Part shown: positions 1 to 10,343 of the stretch, piece after piece
How the letters are laid out: every line of letters begins with the position of its first letter
How positions within the stretch are numbered: position 1 is the first letter of the stretch
Assembly (NCBI GenBank): GCA_045636865.1
Contig: JAZTYJ010000023.1
Coordinates: 13,013 to 77,012, forward strand
Direction of reading: 5' to 3'
Length of the DNA: 64,000 nt
Source of the DNA: Eubacteriales bacterium
Lineage (GTDB): Bacteria; Bacillota; Clostridia; Oscillospirales; JAAYXM01
Notes under the pieces: model-generated
What the model saw: only the letters and a program-made list of their open reading frames with translations
Told to the model about the DNA's origin: nothing
Databases searched by the model: none
Position numbers and translations under genes: made by a program

Positions 1-5
1 TTTCA

Positions 6-3000
6 ATGAATATAGATGTCGAAATCGAATCGGAAGAAGGCGACGATTCTGCGGCGGAGGAGAGACTTTTGACGCTCCGTCGTCAGATGGAAGAAGAGGC
101 GAAAATTTCAGCACAGAACAGACCTAAAATCGAAGATACGTCAAAGCCGAAGCCTATTGCAGAGATTCAGAAGGAAAAGTTCCGTAATAAGAAGTTCCTC
201 AATGAAGAAAAGGGAGAGGTTGTGCTCGGTAAACCTTTCTTTTCGGAGTACATTGAGTTGCGTGACCTTGAGGAGGCTTTTGGGGATATTTCCGTTCAGG
301 GAGAGATTTTTGCAACAGAGAGCAAGCCGTTTGAAAATCGCGGAACGGCAATATTCAGCTTTGATATGACAGACTATACAGGCTCTGTCCGCGTAGTTAT
401 AAGAAACATAAAGCTTGACAGTTTACCGGAAGTAGAGAGTAAGCTTAAAAAGGGCACATATGTCCACGTTTACGGACTTTGTCAGTTTGACAGTTATTTA
501 AAGGACAATGTAATCCGCCCGAGAAACATCGTTCTCGGAAAGAAGAAAATGCGCGAAGATACAGCTGATGAAAAGCGTGTTGAGCTTCATCTCCACTCCA
601 GCATGTCAACGATGGACGGTATGACACCTGTAGACAAGCTTATAGCACGCGCTGCAGAATGGGGACACAAGGCGATTGCGATAACTGACCACGGTGTATG
701 CCAGGCATATCCCGATGCAATGAACGCAGCAGCAAAGAAGGGTATAAAGGTTCTCTACGGTGTTGAGGCATACTATGGCGGAAGCCGTGAGACACAGGTG
801 GTAACCGGCTTTATTGATTCTGATTTTGACGGGGAATATGTCTGTTTTGATATAGAGACTACGGGACTCTATAAAAAGACCTGCAAAATCATAGAAATTG
901 CAGGTGCAATTTTGCGAAACGGAGAAATCTGTGAGAAATTCCAGACATATGTAAATCCGAATTGTGCAATTCCCGAAAAGATTACCGAGCTCACGGGAAT
1001 CACAAACGGTATGGTTGCGAATGCACCGACAATTGAGCGCGCGCTTTCGGATTTTCTCGCCTTTGCAGGCGATCGGCCGTTTGCCGCGCATAATGCCGAA
1101 TTTGATATAGGCTTTATAGCTCAGGCGTGTGCTGAACTTGGTATAGAGAAGGAATTCAATTATATTGATTCGCTTGAGCTCGCAAGAAAGCTTCTTCCCG
1201 ATATCAAAAACCATAAGCTTGACACGGTGGCAAAAGAACTCAAGCTTCCCAAATTCCAGCATCACAGTGCGCTTGATGATGCAGTTACAGAGGCGTTTAT
1301 TCTTCGAAGCCTTTTTGGAAGACTTCGCGAAAAATATAATATAACCCGTGCAGACGAGCTTAACAATATTCAGGACGGTAACAGTTCGAATAAAAAGATG
1401 AATCGCTACCACATGATAATTCTTGTAAAGAATAAGGTGGGGCTTAAGAATCTCTATAAGCTTGTTTCATATGCGCATCTGAAGTATTATAACAAGCGAC
1501 CGATTATCCCGAAACATGAGCTTGAAAGGCATAGGGAAGGGCTTATTATCGGTTCTGCCTGCGAAGCGGGAGAGCTTTACAGTGCTGTTGTTGAGGGAAG
1601 ACGCCGAGGCGATCTTTTAAGACTCGCGCAGTTTTATGATTTCCTCGAGATTCAGCCGATAGGAAACAATGCATTCATGCTTGCAAACGGTATTGCGTCG
1701 TCTGAAGAGAATATCCGCGACTTCAACAGAACGATTATAAGCCTCGGAGAAGAACTCAATATTCCGGTTGTGGCAACGGGAGACGTTCACTTTCTCGAGC
1801 CGCACGATGAGTTGTATCGCCGCGTAATTATGGCGAGCAAGAACTTCTCCGATGCCGATAATCAGGCACCGCTTTATCTCAAAACCACAAACGAGATGCT
1901 TGCGGATTTTGCATATCTCGGATCCGAAAAGGCGTATGAGGTTGTCGTTAAGAACACAAACCTTATAGCCGATATGTGCGAGGATATTCGCCCGATTCCG
2001 AAAGAGCAGTTCCCGCCGTCTATCGAGGGCTCAAAAGATGAGCTTAAGATGCTTTGCTATAATAAAGCTCATGAGCTTTACGGCGAAGATCTCAACGAAA
2101 CTGTAAAAGAGCGTCTTGAGTATGAGCTTTCAAAGATTTTGGGGCACGATTTTGACGTTATGTATATCATCGCGCAAAAGCTTGTTACGAAATCTGTCTC
2201 CGAGGGTTATCTCGTAGGTTCGCGAGGCTCTGTCGGTTCGTCGTTCGTTGCCTTCCTTTCGGGGATTACGGAGGTTAATGCGCTTCCGGCACATTACCGA
2301 TGCCCAAATTGCAAAGGCGTTGACTTCAGCAAATGCGAAGAATATGCAACCGGTGCCGACTTGCCGGATGAGATATGTCCGAAGTGCGGCACAAAATACG
2401 TAAAAGACGGCTTCAACATTCCTTTCCAGACGTTCCTCGGATTTGACGGCGATAAAACTCCTGATATCGATCTCAACTTCTCGGGTGAATATCAGGCAAG
2501 AGCACACGCTCACGTCATCGAGCTCTTCGGTGAGGACCACGTTTTCAGAGCCGGAACAATCGGAACGGTTGCGGATAAGACTGCTTACGGTTACGTCAAG
2601 AAATACCTTGACGAAAGAGGCCTTTCCGTTACACGTGCCGAGGAGAACAGAATAACAGCGGGATGTACGGGAATAAAGCGAACAACAGGTCAGCATCCGG
2701 GCGGTGCGATGGTTGTTCCGAAGGAGTATGAAATTTACGACTTTACACCCATTCAGCACCCTGCAGACGATAAAGAGTCAGGCGTAATTACAACGCACTT
2801 TGACTACCACTCCATTCACGATAATCTCTTAAAGCTGGATATGCTCGGACACGATGATCCGACAATGATTAAGATGCTTGAGGACTTAACGGGAGTAAAC
2901 GCGCGGGAAATTCCGCTTGACGATGCCGACACGATGAAGATATTCACGTCAATTTCACCGCTCGGAATCGAGCCTGATGCACTTCTCGGTGAGAGTGGAA

Positions 3001-3881
3001 GTGTTGCGATTCCTGAATTCGGCACGCATTTTGTTCGTGAAATGCTCAAGGATACACAGCCGACAACGTTTGACGAACTTGCGCGAATTTCTGGTCTTTC
3101 ACACGGTACGGACGTTTGGCTCAATAATGCACAGACTCTTGTAAAAGACGGAGTTGCAACGCTAAAAGAGGTTATCTGTTGCCGAGACGATATTATGATT
3201 TATCTCATAAGCCGCGGTGTTGACAACAAGCTTTCGTTTACCATTATGGAAAGTGTCCGAAAGGGAAAAGGCTTAAAGCCGGAATGGATTGATGAGATGA
3301 GGAAAAACAATGTTCCCGAATGGTACATTGAATCCTGCCAGAAAATCAAGTATATGTTCCCGAAGGCTCACGCAGTTGCATACGTCATGATGGCGTTCCG
3401 GATCGCGTGGTTCAAGGTTCACAGACCAAAGGCGTTTTATGCGGCTTATTTCTCAATCCGTGCAAAGGCGTTTGATGCAGCCGTTATGACAAACGGCGAT
3501 GATGTCGTTCTGTCAAAGATAGACGAAATACGCGCAATGGAAAAGCCGACGCAGAAGGATGAAAATATGCTTGTAACGCTCGAGGTCTGCCACGAATTTT
3601 ATAAGCGCGGCTTGAAGTTTGACCCGATTGACCTCTACAAATCCGACTCAAAGGATTTTCTCATAACGGAAAACGGCCTTCTTCCGCCGTTTACTGCAAT
3701 TTCAGGTCTTGGTGAGGTTGCGGCACAGAACATAGTTGAAGCAAGGGCAGACGGAAAGTTTATGTCCGTTGAGGATATTCAGAACAGATGTGCAAAGGTG
3801 TCAAAGGGCGTTATTGAAATGCTTGAGAGCAACAATGTTCTGGAGAGTGTCCCGAATACAACACAGATTTCTCTTTTTTAA
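6..3881 (+). CDS. polC: PolC-type DNA polymerase III alpha subunit, probably 5'-truncated by the window edge
   Basis: OB fold; PHP motifs (ELHLHS, AITDHG) interrupted by a DEDD exonuclease (FDIETTG); GSRGS, PDIDLNFSG, TTGQHPGG and YMFPKAHA motifs; the frame is open to the window edge. Confidence 0.97.
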   Translation: MNIDVEIESEEGDDSAAEERLLTLRRQMEEEAKISAQNRPKIEDTSKPKPIAEIQKEKFRNKKFLNEEKGEVVLGKPFFSEYIELRDLEEAFGDISVQGEIFATESKPFENRGTAIFSFDMTDYTGSVRVVIRNIKLDSLPEVESKLKKGTYVHVYGLCQFDSYLKDNVIRPRNIVLGKKKMREDTADEKRVELHLHSSMSTMDGMTPVDKLIARAAEWGHKAIAITDHGVCQAYPDAMNAAAKKGIKVLYGVEAYYGGSRETQVVTGFIDSDFDGEYVCFDIETTGLYKKTCKIIEIAGAILRNGEICEKFQTYVNPNCAIPEKITELTGITNGMVANAPTIERALSDFLAFAGDRPFAAHNAEFDIGFIAQACAELGIEKEFNYIDSLELARKLLPDIKNHKLDTVAKELKLPKFQHHSALDDAVTEAFILRSLFGRLREKYNITRADELNNIQDGNSSNKKMNRYHMIILVKNKVGLKNLYKLVSYAHLKYYNKRPIIPKHELERHREGLIIGSACEAGELYSAVVEGRRRGDLLRLAQFYDFLEIQPIGNNAFMLANGIASSEENIRDFNRTIISLGEELNIPVVATGDVHFLEPHDELYRRVIMASKNFSDADNQAPLYLKTTNEMLADFAYLGSEKAYEVVVKNTNLIADMCEDIRPIPKEQFPPSIEGSKDELKMLCYNKAHELYGEDLNETVKERLEYELSKILGHDFDVMYIIAQKLVTKSVSEGYLVGSRGSVGSSFVAFLSGITEVNALPAHYRCPNCKGVDFSKCEEYATGADLPDEICPKCGTKYVKDGFNIPFQTFLGFDGDKTPDIDLNFSGEYQARAHAHVIELFGEDHVFRAGTIGTVADKTAYGYVKKYLDERGLSVTRAEENRITAGCTGIKRTTGQHPGGAMVVPKEYEIYDFTPIQHPADDKESGVITTHFDYHSIHDNLLKLDMLGHDDPTMIKMLEDLTGVNAREIPLDDADTMKIFTSISPLGIEPDALLGESGSVAIPEFGTHFVREMLKDTQPTTFDELARISGLSHGTDVWLNNAQTLVKDGVATLKEVICCRDDIMIYLISRGVDNKLSFTIMESVRKGKGLKPEWIDEMRKNNVPEWYIESCQKIKYMFPKAHAVAYVMMAFRIAWFKVHRPKAFYAAYFSIRAKAFDAAVMTNGDDVVLSKIDEIRAMEKPTQKDENMLVTLEVCHEFYKRGLKFDPIDLYKSDSKDFLITENGLLPPFTAISGLGEVAAQNIVEARADGKFMSVEDIQNRCAKVSKGVIEMLESNNVLESVPNTTQISLF

Positions 3882-3910
3882 GAATCGTAAATTAAAAAAA
3901 TAAAGCATTT

Positions 3911-3962
3911 TTCGACAAAAAAGCAAAAATATATTGCAAAAATCGAAAAAATATGCTATCTT
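3911..3962 (+). promoter_or_regulatory. SigA-type promoter with an upstream Spo0A-box-like heptamer
   Basis: TTGCAA(3934-39)-N17-TATCTT(3957-62) with extended TG; TTCGACA at 3911-17 reads TGTCGAA on the minus strand. Confidence 0.5.
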
Positions 3963-3983
3963 AAATAGAGTATCTGTTGTGAG

Positions 3984-4442
3984 GTGAAGAAAGTGCGGTT
4001 TATTCCGATAAATCTTGATAACGTCAAAAATGCGGCAACTATGTTTGCAGGAATGGCAAGTAAGGAGCCATGGCGAGGTAAGTGGACATATTCTTCTGCA
4101 TATGCCCGTTTGTTTACTATTGCCAAATCAGTCGGATTTATGGGATTTATCACAATGGATAATAACGGTCTGCCGTGCGGCTTCATAATGGGTAACACCA
4201 AAAATAAAGACGATGGAGGTCTTGACTTTCTCATCTGCGAAATCTGTTATCAGAACAGCGAGGCAGGAAACGTCTATGCTCAGAAGACCATCGAGTTTCT
4301 TGAAGAGCAGCTTGCGGCACGTCATATAGACAGAATGCTCTATATCGGCGAGGCGGGAGAAACAATAAGCAAATATTTCGAGCGTTTCAATTTCGCCAGA
4401 GTAGTGAATTTTGTTGCGGTTGAGAAGAAAATCAGCTCGTAA
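3984..4442 (+). CDS. GNAT-fold-like hypothetical protein
   Basis: 152 aa; EPW..W N-terminal motif, GFIMG strand, ICEIC strand and YFERFNF resemble Firmicutes GNATs; the CoA-binding GxG motif is not evident. Confidence 0.55.
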   Translation: MKKVRFIPINLDNVKNAATMFAGMASKEPWRGKWTYSSAYARLFTIAKSVGFMGFITMDNNGLPCGFIMGNTKNKDDGGLDFLICEICYQNSEAGNVYAQKTIEFLEEQLAARHIDRMLYIGEAGETISKYFERFNFARVVNFVAVEKKISS

Positions 4443-4469
4443 AATATGTAAAATTTTTCGGATAAACTC

Positions 4470-4497
4470 TTGATTTTATCTGAAAATGTGGTAAACT
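4470..4497 (+). promoter_or_regulatory. SigA-type promoter of fba
   Basis: TTGATT-N16-TAAACT with extended TG. Confidence 0.5.
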
Positions 4498-4530
4498 ATC
4501 ATAAGTAAAAGTTTTTAAGGAGATGTAATT

Positions 4531-5460
4531 ATGCCACTTGTTACTTCAACAGAAATGTTCAAAAAAGCATATGAAGGCGGCTATGCTATCGGCGCTTTCA
4601 ATGTAAACAACATGGAAATCGTTCAGGGAATTACTGAAGCTGCAAAAGAGGTTAACTCACCGCTTATTCTTCAGGTTTCTGCAGGCGCAAGAAAGTATGC
4701 AAAGCACGTATACCTCATGAAGCTCATCGAAGCTGCAATCGAGGATACAGATCTTCCGATCTGTGTTCACCTTGACCACGGTGACAGCTTTGACATCTGC
4801 AAATCCTGCATCGACCGCGGATTCACATCAGTTATGATCGACGGTTCAAAGTATTCTTTCGAAGAAAACATTGAACTTACAAAGAAGGTTGTTGACTATG
4901 CACACGCTCGCGGTGTTGTAGTTGAAGGTGAGCTTGGTAAGCTCGCAGGCATCGAAGACGATGTCAACGTTTCAGACGAAGATGCTCAGTTTACAAATCC
5001 GGCTGAGGTTGAAGAGTTTGTTACACGCACAGGCGTTGACTCTCTCGCAATCGCTATCGGCACAAGCCACGGTGCATTCAAGTTCAAGGGTGAGCCGAGA
5101 CTCCGCTTCGACATCCTCGAAGAAGTTTCAAAGCGTCTCCCGAACTTCCCGATCGTTCTCCACGGCGCGTCATCAGTTATCCCGGAATACGTTGAAATGA
5201 TCAACGCAAACGGCGGTAATATGCCGGGTGCACAGGGTGTTCCCGAACATATGCTCCGCAAGGCTGCTGAGATGGCAGTTTGCAAAATCAACATCGACTC
5301 TGACCTCCGTCTTGCAATGACAGGTACAGTTCGTAAGTATTTTGCAGAGCATCCGGACCACTTCGATCCGCGTCAGTATCTCTCACCTGCAAGAGCAAAC
5401 ATTAAGGAGCTTGTAAAGCACAAGATCGTTAACGTTCTCGGAAGCAACGACAAGATATAA
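4531..5460 (+). CDS. fba: class II fructose-1,6-bisphosphate aldolase
   Basis: GAFNVNN, HLDHG, VEGELG, GTSHG, VLHGAS and KINIDS motifs; AAGGAG RBS. Confidence 0.96.
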   Translation: MPLVTSTEMFKKAYEGGYAIGAFNVNNMEIVQGITEAAKEVNSPLILQVSAGARKYAKHVYLMKLIEAAIEDTDLPICVHLDHGDSFDICKSCIDRGFTSVMIDGSKYSFEENIELTKKVVDYAHARGVVVEGELGKLAGIEDDVNVSDEDAQFTNPAEVEEFVTRTGVDSLAIAIGTSHGAFKFKGEPRLRFDILEEVSKRLPNFPIVLHGASSVIPEYVEMINANGGNMPGAQGVPEHMLRKAAEMAVCKINIDSDLRLAMTGTVRKYFAEHPDHFDPRQYLSPARANIKELVKHKIVNVLGSNDKI

Positions 5461-5473
5461 CTTTAAAACAATG

Positions 5474-5518
5474 ATAAGGGTGACAGACTGTCGCAAGGCG
5501 GTTTGTTACCTTTATTTT
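5474..5518 (+). terminator. intrinsic terminator after fba
   Basis: Hairpin with a GCAA loop followed by a T-rich tract. Confidence 0.7.
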
Positions 5519-5543
5519 ACTTTATCTGGGGTAGTGGGTTTTC

Positions 5544-7784
5544 TTGAAAAACAGATATTTATTTTGGTTTTGTATTGCCTTCGTTCTCGCGGTGGTATTG
5601 TGTGCAGTATGTGAAAGTACGCTTGAGTTTATTCTGACAATCGGACTTGCAGTTTCCTTATCTGTATTTCTGCTTTGTTGGAAAGATGCTAAAGTTGCGG
5701 CATCTCTGCTTATAATCGGCGTGTCGTTTTCTCTCATATGGCAGAGTTTATACTTTTCTAATGACAAACTTCCAAAAGATTTGTTTGAGAGTGAAAACAA
5801 AATACTGATGACGGTAGTCAGCTTTCCTGAAGAGACGTCGAGTGACGGCGTTTCCTTTTGCGGAAAAGCGCGTTATGGGGATAAGGAAATAAAACTTCTT
5901 GTATACGCGAGCGATTTAAATAAAACTCTTTTGCCCGGAGATGTAATTTCGGTCAGGGCAAAGGTGTATGAATTTGAAAATACTGAATTCTTTGCAGAGA
6001 AAACGTACTATAAGTCGCGATACATTGATTGTCGTGCATTTGCAACAGAATCTGAATATATAGAGCGGGAAGAGCACGCAAAGTTTCGATACTTTCCGCA
6101 GTATTTGGCAAATCACCTAAAAAATAAACTGGAGATTTTATTTTCCAAAGAGCACGCGGCGTTTATAAAATCGCTCATCTTCGGAGACAAAAGCTCGCTT
6201 GATGATGGATTTAAGAATGACATCAGAAAAAGCGGAATGTCGCACGCAACCGCGGTTTCAGGGCTTCATATATCAATTATCGTCGCGTTTATAATTTTCT
6301 TTACTAAGAACAAGTATTTAAAGCTCCTTGCGATTCCTGCAATGTTTATCTTTGTGTTTATGGTCGGAGCATCGCAATCTGCAATTCGTGCAGCAATAAT
6401 GCAGAGCCTTGCCATAATATCGCACGTTGAAAAGCGCGAATATGACTCGCTGACATCAGTTTCTTTTGCGGCGTTTGTGCTCGTGCTGATAAATCCGTAT
6501 TGCGTAACCGATGCAAGTTTTATCTTGTCGTTTGCGGCAACATTCGGAATAATTCTGCTCTATCCGAAGCTTATAAGTCCGTTCGGAGATATTCATGGAT
6601 GGATCAGGAAACCTATAAATGTTTTGGTATCGGCGTTTGCAATTACTGTTTCTGCGATTTTATTCACTATGCCGATAACTTCGTATACATTCAGCTCGGT
6701 TTCGCTCATTGCTCCGGTTTCAAACGTTTTGTTGAGCATCCCTATAAATGTAGTATTCACGGGAGGTATAATGGTGCTCTTCCTTGGGGAGATATTTCTT
6801 CCGCTCGGGAAGGTGGCGGCACTTGTTTTAGGTTTTATGGTTGAATTAGTCACAAAAAGCATAAAAGTATTTGCGAAAGTACCGTACTCTGAAATTTTTA
6901 CCGGTGACAGATTAATGATTCTTGCAGTTTTGTACTTGTGTATTGTTGCGGTTTATACAATATTGGCAGGCAAAAAGAAAATCAGACCACTTGTCGCAAC
7001 GGCAATTTGCGTGCTTTCAATTCTGCTTGTCATAACGGTAAGACCAAATATCGCGCCCGGAATCGAATACAGCGGCATACGCTTTGATGTTCTTGATGTC
7101 GGTCAGGGACAATGTGTGGTTGCAACTGCAGATGATATATGTGTAGTTGTAGATTGCGGCGGAGATAAGGATTCCGGAAGTATTGCAATAAATCATCTTT
7201 TGAATCGCGGCATTGATGAGATAGATGCTCTCATTCTCACTCACGCACATTCCGACCACGTAAACGGTGCGGAATATCTCACGGAAACAATAAATACATC
7301 TTCCGTGTATATGCCGTTAAAAGACAAGTCAAATGCAGATTTCATCGATATTTCAGAGAATGTAGACGATAACGGAGAAGTGTTCTTTCTCAAAGACGAT
7401 AAAACTCTTTCGTTTGGTAAAATGGAGGTCTCTGTCCTCACGCTTCCCGAGGGGCGCGACGAGAATGAAAACGGTCTTGTTGTTATAATCTCTGATGGCG
7501 ACTATGACACACTCATAACGGGAGATATCCCGTCAGCGCAGGAAAAGCTTATTCTGTCAAAAGTTCCGGACTGCGAAAGCTACATAGCAGGTCATCACGG
7601 TTCAAAAACATCAAGCTCAATTGCGCTTCTCAATAAAGCACTTCCGGAACTCTGCGTTATTTCAGTTGGAAAAGGGAATTCCTACGGACATCCGAATGGT
7701 GAAACACTTGAACGTTTTGAGAAAATAGGGGCGGAGGTTTCTCGAACGGATTTAGAGGGTGCAATAACCTTCTTTTCAAGGTAG
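5544..7784 (+). CDS. comEC: DNA internalization competence protein ComEC/Rec2
   Basis: Competence domain HATAVSGLH; LDVGQG; metallo-beta-lactamase THAHSDH, GHHGS and YGHP. Confidence 0.93.
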   Translation: MKNRYLFWFCIAFVLAVVLCAVCESTLEFILTIGLAVSLSVFLLCWKDAKVAASLLIIGVSFSLIWQSLYFSNDKLPKDLFESENKILMTVVSFPEETSSDGVSFCGKARYGDKEIKLLVYASDLNKTLLPGDVISVRAKVYEFENTEFFAEKTYYKSRYIDCRAFATESEYIEREEHAKFRYFPQYLANHLKNKLEILFSKEHAAFIKSLIFGDKSSLDDGFKNDIRKSGMSHATAVSGLHISIIVAFIIFFTKNKYLKLLAIPAMFIFVFMVGASQSAIRAAIMQSLAIISHVEKREYDSLTSVSFAAFVLVLINPYCVTDASFILSFAATFGIILLYPKLISPFGDIHGWIRKPINVLVSAFAITVSAILFTMPITSYTFSSVSLIAPVSNVLLSIPINVVFTGGIMVLFLGEIFLPLGKVAALVLGFMVELVTKSIKVFAKVPYSEIFTGDRLMILAVLYLCIVAVYTILAGKKKIRPLVATAICVLSILLVITVRPNIAPGIEYSGIRFDVLDVGQGQCVVATADDICVVVDCGGDKDSGSIAINHLLNRGIDEIDALILTHAHSDHVNGAEYLTETINTSSVYMPLKDKSNADFIDISENVDDNGEVFFLKDDKTLSFGKMEVSVLTLPEGRDENENGLVVIISDGDYDTLITGDIPSAQEKLILSKVPDCESYIAGHHGSKTSSSIALLNKALPELCVISVGKGNSYGHPNGETLERFEKIGAEVSRTDLEGAITFFSR

Positions 7785-7794
7785 GTGAAGAAAA

Positions 7795-8805
7795 TTGACG
7801 GTAAAAGAACTTAAAAACAACATAAAAGAAGGCGTAAAGGGGAATTTGTTTCTGTTTTACGGCGAAGAAGGATATCTTCGCGAGTATTACCTTGCGGAGC
7901 TTCAAAAGACGGTCGTCGGGGATATGATGCCGGAGTTTAACGTAACCGTCATAAAGAAAATACCGGAATTTCACGAGCTTTCAGACGTCTGCGAGAGCTA
8001 TCCCGCGATGAACGATCGAAGAGTTGTAATAGTCCGTGATTTTGATGTTGTGTCGGCAAATGCGGATTTTTCGGAAAAAGCTGAAAAGCTCTTTGTAGAT
8101 ATGCCGGAGCACACCGTTCTGATATTCGTTTATTCTGATCCCGAAGCAAAGCCCGACAAGAGAAAAAAACTTTATAAAACGATAGAAAAATACGGGAATA
8201 TAGTAAACTTTGAATGTGCAACAAAAACTGACCTTATGTCGTGGGTGGCAAGGCGTTTTGCGGCGCACGAAAAGAGCATCACAGCACCGGTTGCTGACTT
8301 TTTGCTCTTCTATTGCGGGGAGAGAATGGAGCTCCTTATCCCCGAAATTGAAAAGATAGCGGCATATTCGAGAAAAAAGGAAATAACTCAAAGTGATATT
8401 GAGGCGGTTGCAACGCGGAACATAAATGCAGTTGTCTTTGATGCATCAAATGCGATTGCTGAGAAGAAGTATTCAGACGCGCTTTCTGTAATATACGACC
8501 TTGAAGCACAGAAGGAGGCTCCTATTCCGACACTTGCGCTAATCTCAAATCAGTTTCGCCGTATGTATGCAACGAAGCTCATTTTAGAGCGCGGCGGAGG
8601 AAAAAGTGAAGTTATGGAGCAGTTTGGCATGAAAAGCGACTATCCTGCAAAGCTTTTGATAAATTCAGCAAAAGCCATGGATAAGGGTGCGCTTATGCGT
8701 GCAATTGAGCTTTCAAAAAAGGTTGATTCCGAGCTTAAGTTTGGCGGAGGATGGGAGAAAATATCTGAGCTCATCGCCTTGATTTCGGTGGAGGATAAAA
8801 AATGA
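7795..8805 (+). CDS. holA: DNA polymerase III delta subunit
   Basis: LFYGEEGYL, DKRKKLYK and EIEKI motifs; canonical comEC-holA synteny. Confidence 0.92.
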   Translation: MTVKELKNNIKEGVKGNLFLFYGEEGYLREYYLAELQKTVVGDMMPEFNVTVIKKIPEFHELSDVCESYPAMNDRRVVIVRDFDVVSANADFSEKAEKLFVDMPEHTVLIFVYSDPEAKPDKRKKLYKTIEKYGNIVNFECATKTDLMSWVARRFAAHEKSITAPVADFLLFYCGERMELLIPEIEKIAAYSRKKEITQSDIEAVATRNINAVVFDASNAIAEKKYSDALSVIYDLEAQKEAPIPTLALISNQFRRMYATKLILERGGGKSEVMEQFGMKSDYPAKLLINSAKAMDKGALMRAIELSKKVDSELKFGGGWEKISELIALISVEDKK

Positions 8806-9383
8806 AGCACATTTCCGAAACTATAATCGTAGAAGGCAGATATGACGTAAATACCATAAAACAATGCGTTGATGCGCATATAATCGAAACGTCGGGATTC
8901 GGTATTTTTAATGACCACGAGAAAAGAAAGCTTATAGAAACCATAGCGCAGAAAAACGGAATTATCGTTCTCACAGATAGCGACGGCGCAGGCCTTGTTA
9001 TCAGAAACTTTTTGAAAGGTTCGGTTCGCGGTGTTGTAAAGCACGCGTATATTCCTGAGATTGCGGGCAAGGAGAAGAGGAAAAACGAAGCCTCAAAGGC
9101 AGGCCTTTTGGGCGTTGAAGGGATGCGGCCCGAGATAATCATAGAGGCACTCAAAAGAGCAGGCGCAACGTTTGACGACTCGCCTCAAAAAAGCTTTGGC
9201 GGCATAACAAAACAGGATATGTATGCACTCGGTCTATCCGGCGGTGCGGAGAGTGCAATAAGACGTGAACGGCTTGCAAAAAAGCTTGGTCTCCCGACAA
9301 AGCTTTCGGCAAATGCACTTCTTGATGCAATAAACCTGATTTTTACCCGTGAAGAATTCGAAGCAGCAACAGAAGAAATATAG
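8802..9383 (+). CDS. rnmV: ribonuclease M5-like TOPRIM/DUF4093 protein
   Basis: IIVEGRYD, LTDSDGAG, LGVEG and RRERLAKKLG motifs. Confidence 0.8.
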   Translation: MKHISETIIVEGRYDVNTIKQCVDAHIIETSGFGIFNDHEKRKLIETIAQKNGIIVLTDSDGAGLVIRNFLKGSVRGVVKHAYIPEIAGKEKRKNEASKAGLLGVEGMRPEIIIEALKRAGATFDDSPQKSFGGITKQDMYALGLSGGAESAIRRERLAKKLGLPTKLSANALLDAINLIFTREEFEAATEEI

Positions 9384-9397
9384 CTTGTATAAAAAAC

Positions 9398-9438
9398 AAC
9401 ACCTCTTGTGTAATTGGTTATTACGCAAGGGGTGTTTT
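9398..9438 (+). terminator. intrinsic terminator after comEC-holA-rnmV
   Basis: AACACCTCTTGTGTAAT-loop-ATTACGCAAGGGGTGTT followed by Ts. Confidence 0.7.
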
Positions 9439-9446
9439 CATATAAT
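9417..9446 (+). promoter_or_regulatory. putative SigE promoter for the spoIVF-like pair
   Basis: ATT(9420-22)-N16-CATATAAT(9439-46) matches the SigE pattern ATa-N16-18-CATAcaaT. Confidence 0.5.
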
Positions 9447-9465
9447 ATCATGAGGTGATGCCCAT

Positions 9466-10341
9466 ATGAAAAAGAAAGAAGAGAAGGGGATGCGGAATTT
9501 CTTTACATATTTCAGGCTTTTTTTGTGTGTGCTTGTTATAGGGAGTGCTTTTGTGCTTAAGTATACAAATGCACCGACACTTCAGAAGGTTTCGGAGGCG
9601 ATAAGTCGCGAATTTGAAGTTGATAAGGCGATAGAAGTTATAAGTTCAACGGTTGATACCGAAAGAATTGTTGAGGTGTTCAAAGAAAAAGAAACGGAGA
9701 CGGAAGAGATAAAGATGGAGTCGGAAGAAAAATCCGAGCAGGAGGATTTTGAGGAGTTCTACCTTGGAGAGACAAAGGAAATGATAATTGAAGAAAAGGA
9801 AAAGGCGAAAGAGGTCGCAAAAGAGCTTAGTATCGAAACTATGAGCTTTGATATGAGCGCAGAAGAACTTTCAGATGACACGGCGGCGGAACCGTTCAGG
9901 ATTCCGCCGCCTTCATATTGCAGTTATAAAAACGAAGAGATAAAGTTTAAATATGCCTCGCCGCTGAAAGGGGTTATTACATCGCGGTTCGGATATCGTG
10001 ACCATCCGATAATTGAGGATGCAAGCTTTCACACGGGGCTTGACATAGCGGCAAAAAGCGGAACGGCAATAAAGGCGTTTGCAGACGGAAAGGTTATAGA
10101 AGCGGGGAAGAATGCGACATATGGAAATTACCTTCTCATTGAGCATAAGGACGGCATAAGAAGCTTTTACGGGCACAATTCACGGCTTAACGTCAAAAAA
10201 GGGCAGAGTGTGTCACTCGGACAAAAAGTTGCAGAAGTAGGAACAACAGGAATGTCGACGGGACCGCATCTTCACTTTGAAATACGAAAGGGAAATGTAC
10301 GGCTTGATCCGTCATATTATATTTCTTCGGAGCGTGTCTGA
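9466..10341 (+). CDS. membrane-anchored M23 (LytM) peptidase in the SpoIVFA position
   Basis: N-terminal TM helix, acidic linker, HTGLD and GPHLH motifs; directly upstream of an M50 protease. Confidence 0.8.
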   Translation: MKKKEEKGMRNFFTYFRLFLCVLVIGSAFVLKYTNAPTLQKVSEAISREFEVDKAIEVISSTVDTERIVEVFKEKETETEEIKMESEEKSEQEDFEEFYLGETKEMIIEEKEKAKEVAKELSIETMSFDMSAEELSDDTAAEPFRIPPPSYCSYKNEEIKFKYASPLKGVITSRFGYRDHPIIEDASFHTGLDIAAKSGTAIKAFADGKVIEAGKNATYGNYLLIEHKDGIRSFYGHNSRLNVKKGQSVSLGQKVAEVGTTGMSTGPHLHFEIRKGNVRLDPSYYISSERV

Positions 10342-10343
10342 TT

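Noticed and set aside
850-1330. Apparent insertion splitting the PolC PHP domain, considered as an intein
   Set aside because: It is the normal embedded DEDD proofreading exonuclease of PolC; no intein splice motifs are present
606-1412. 268-aa antisense ORF inside polC, and similar shadow ORFs at 2130-2759, 13660-14247, 20658-21191 and 48249-48899
   Set aside because: They lie wholly or almost wholly opposite well-supported genes and have no recognisable motifs; codon-bias shadows explain them
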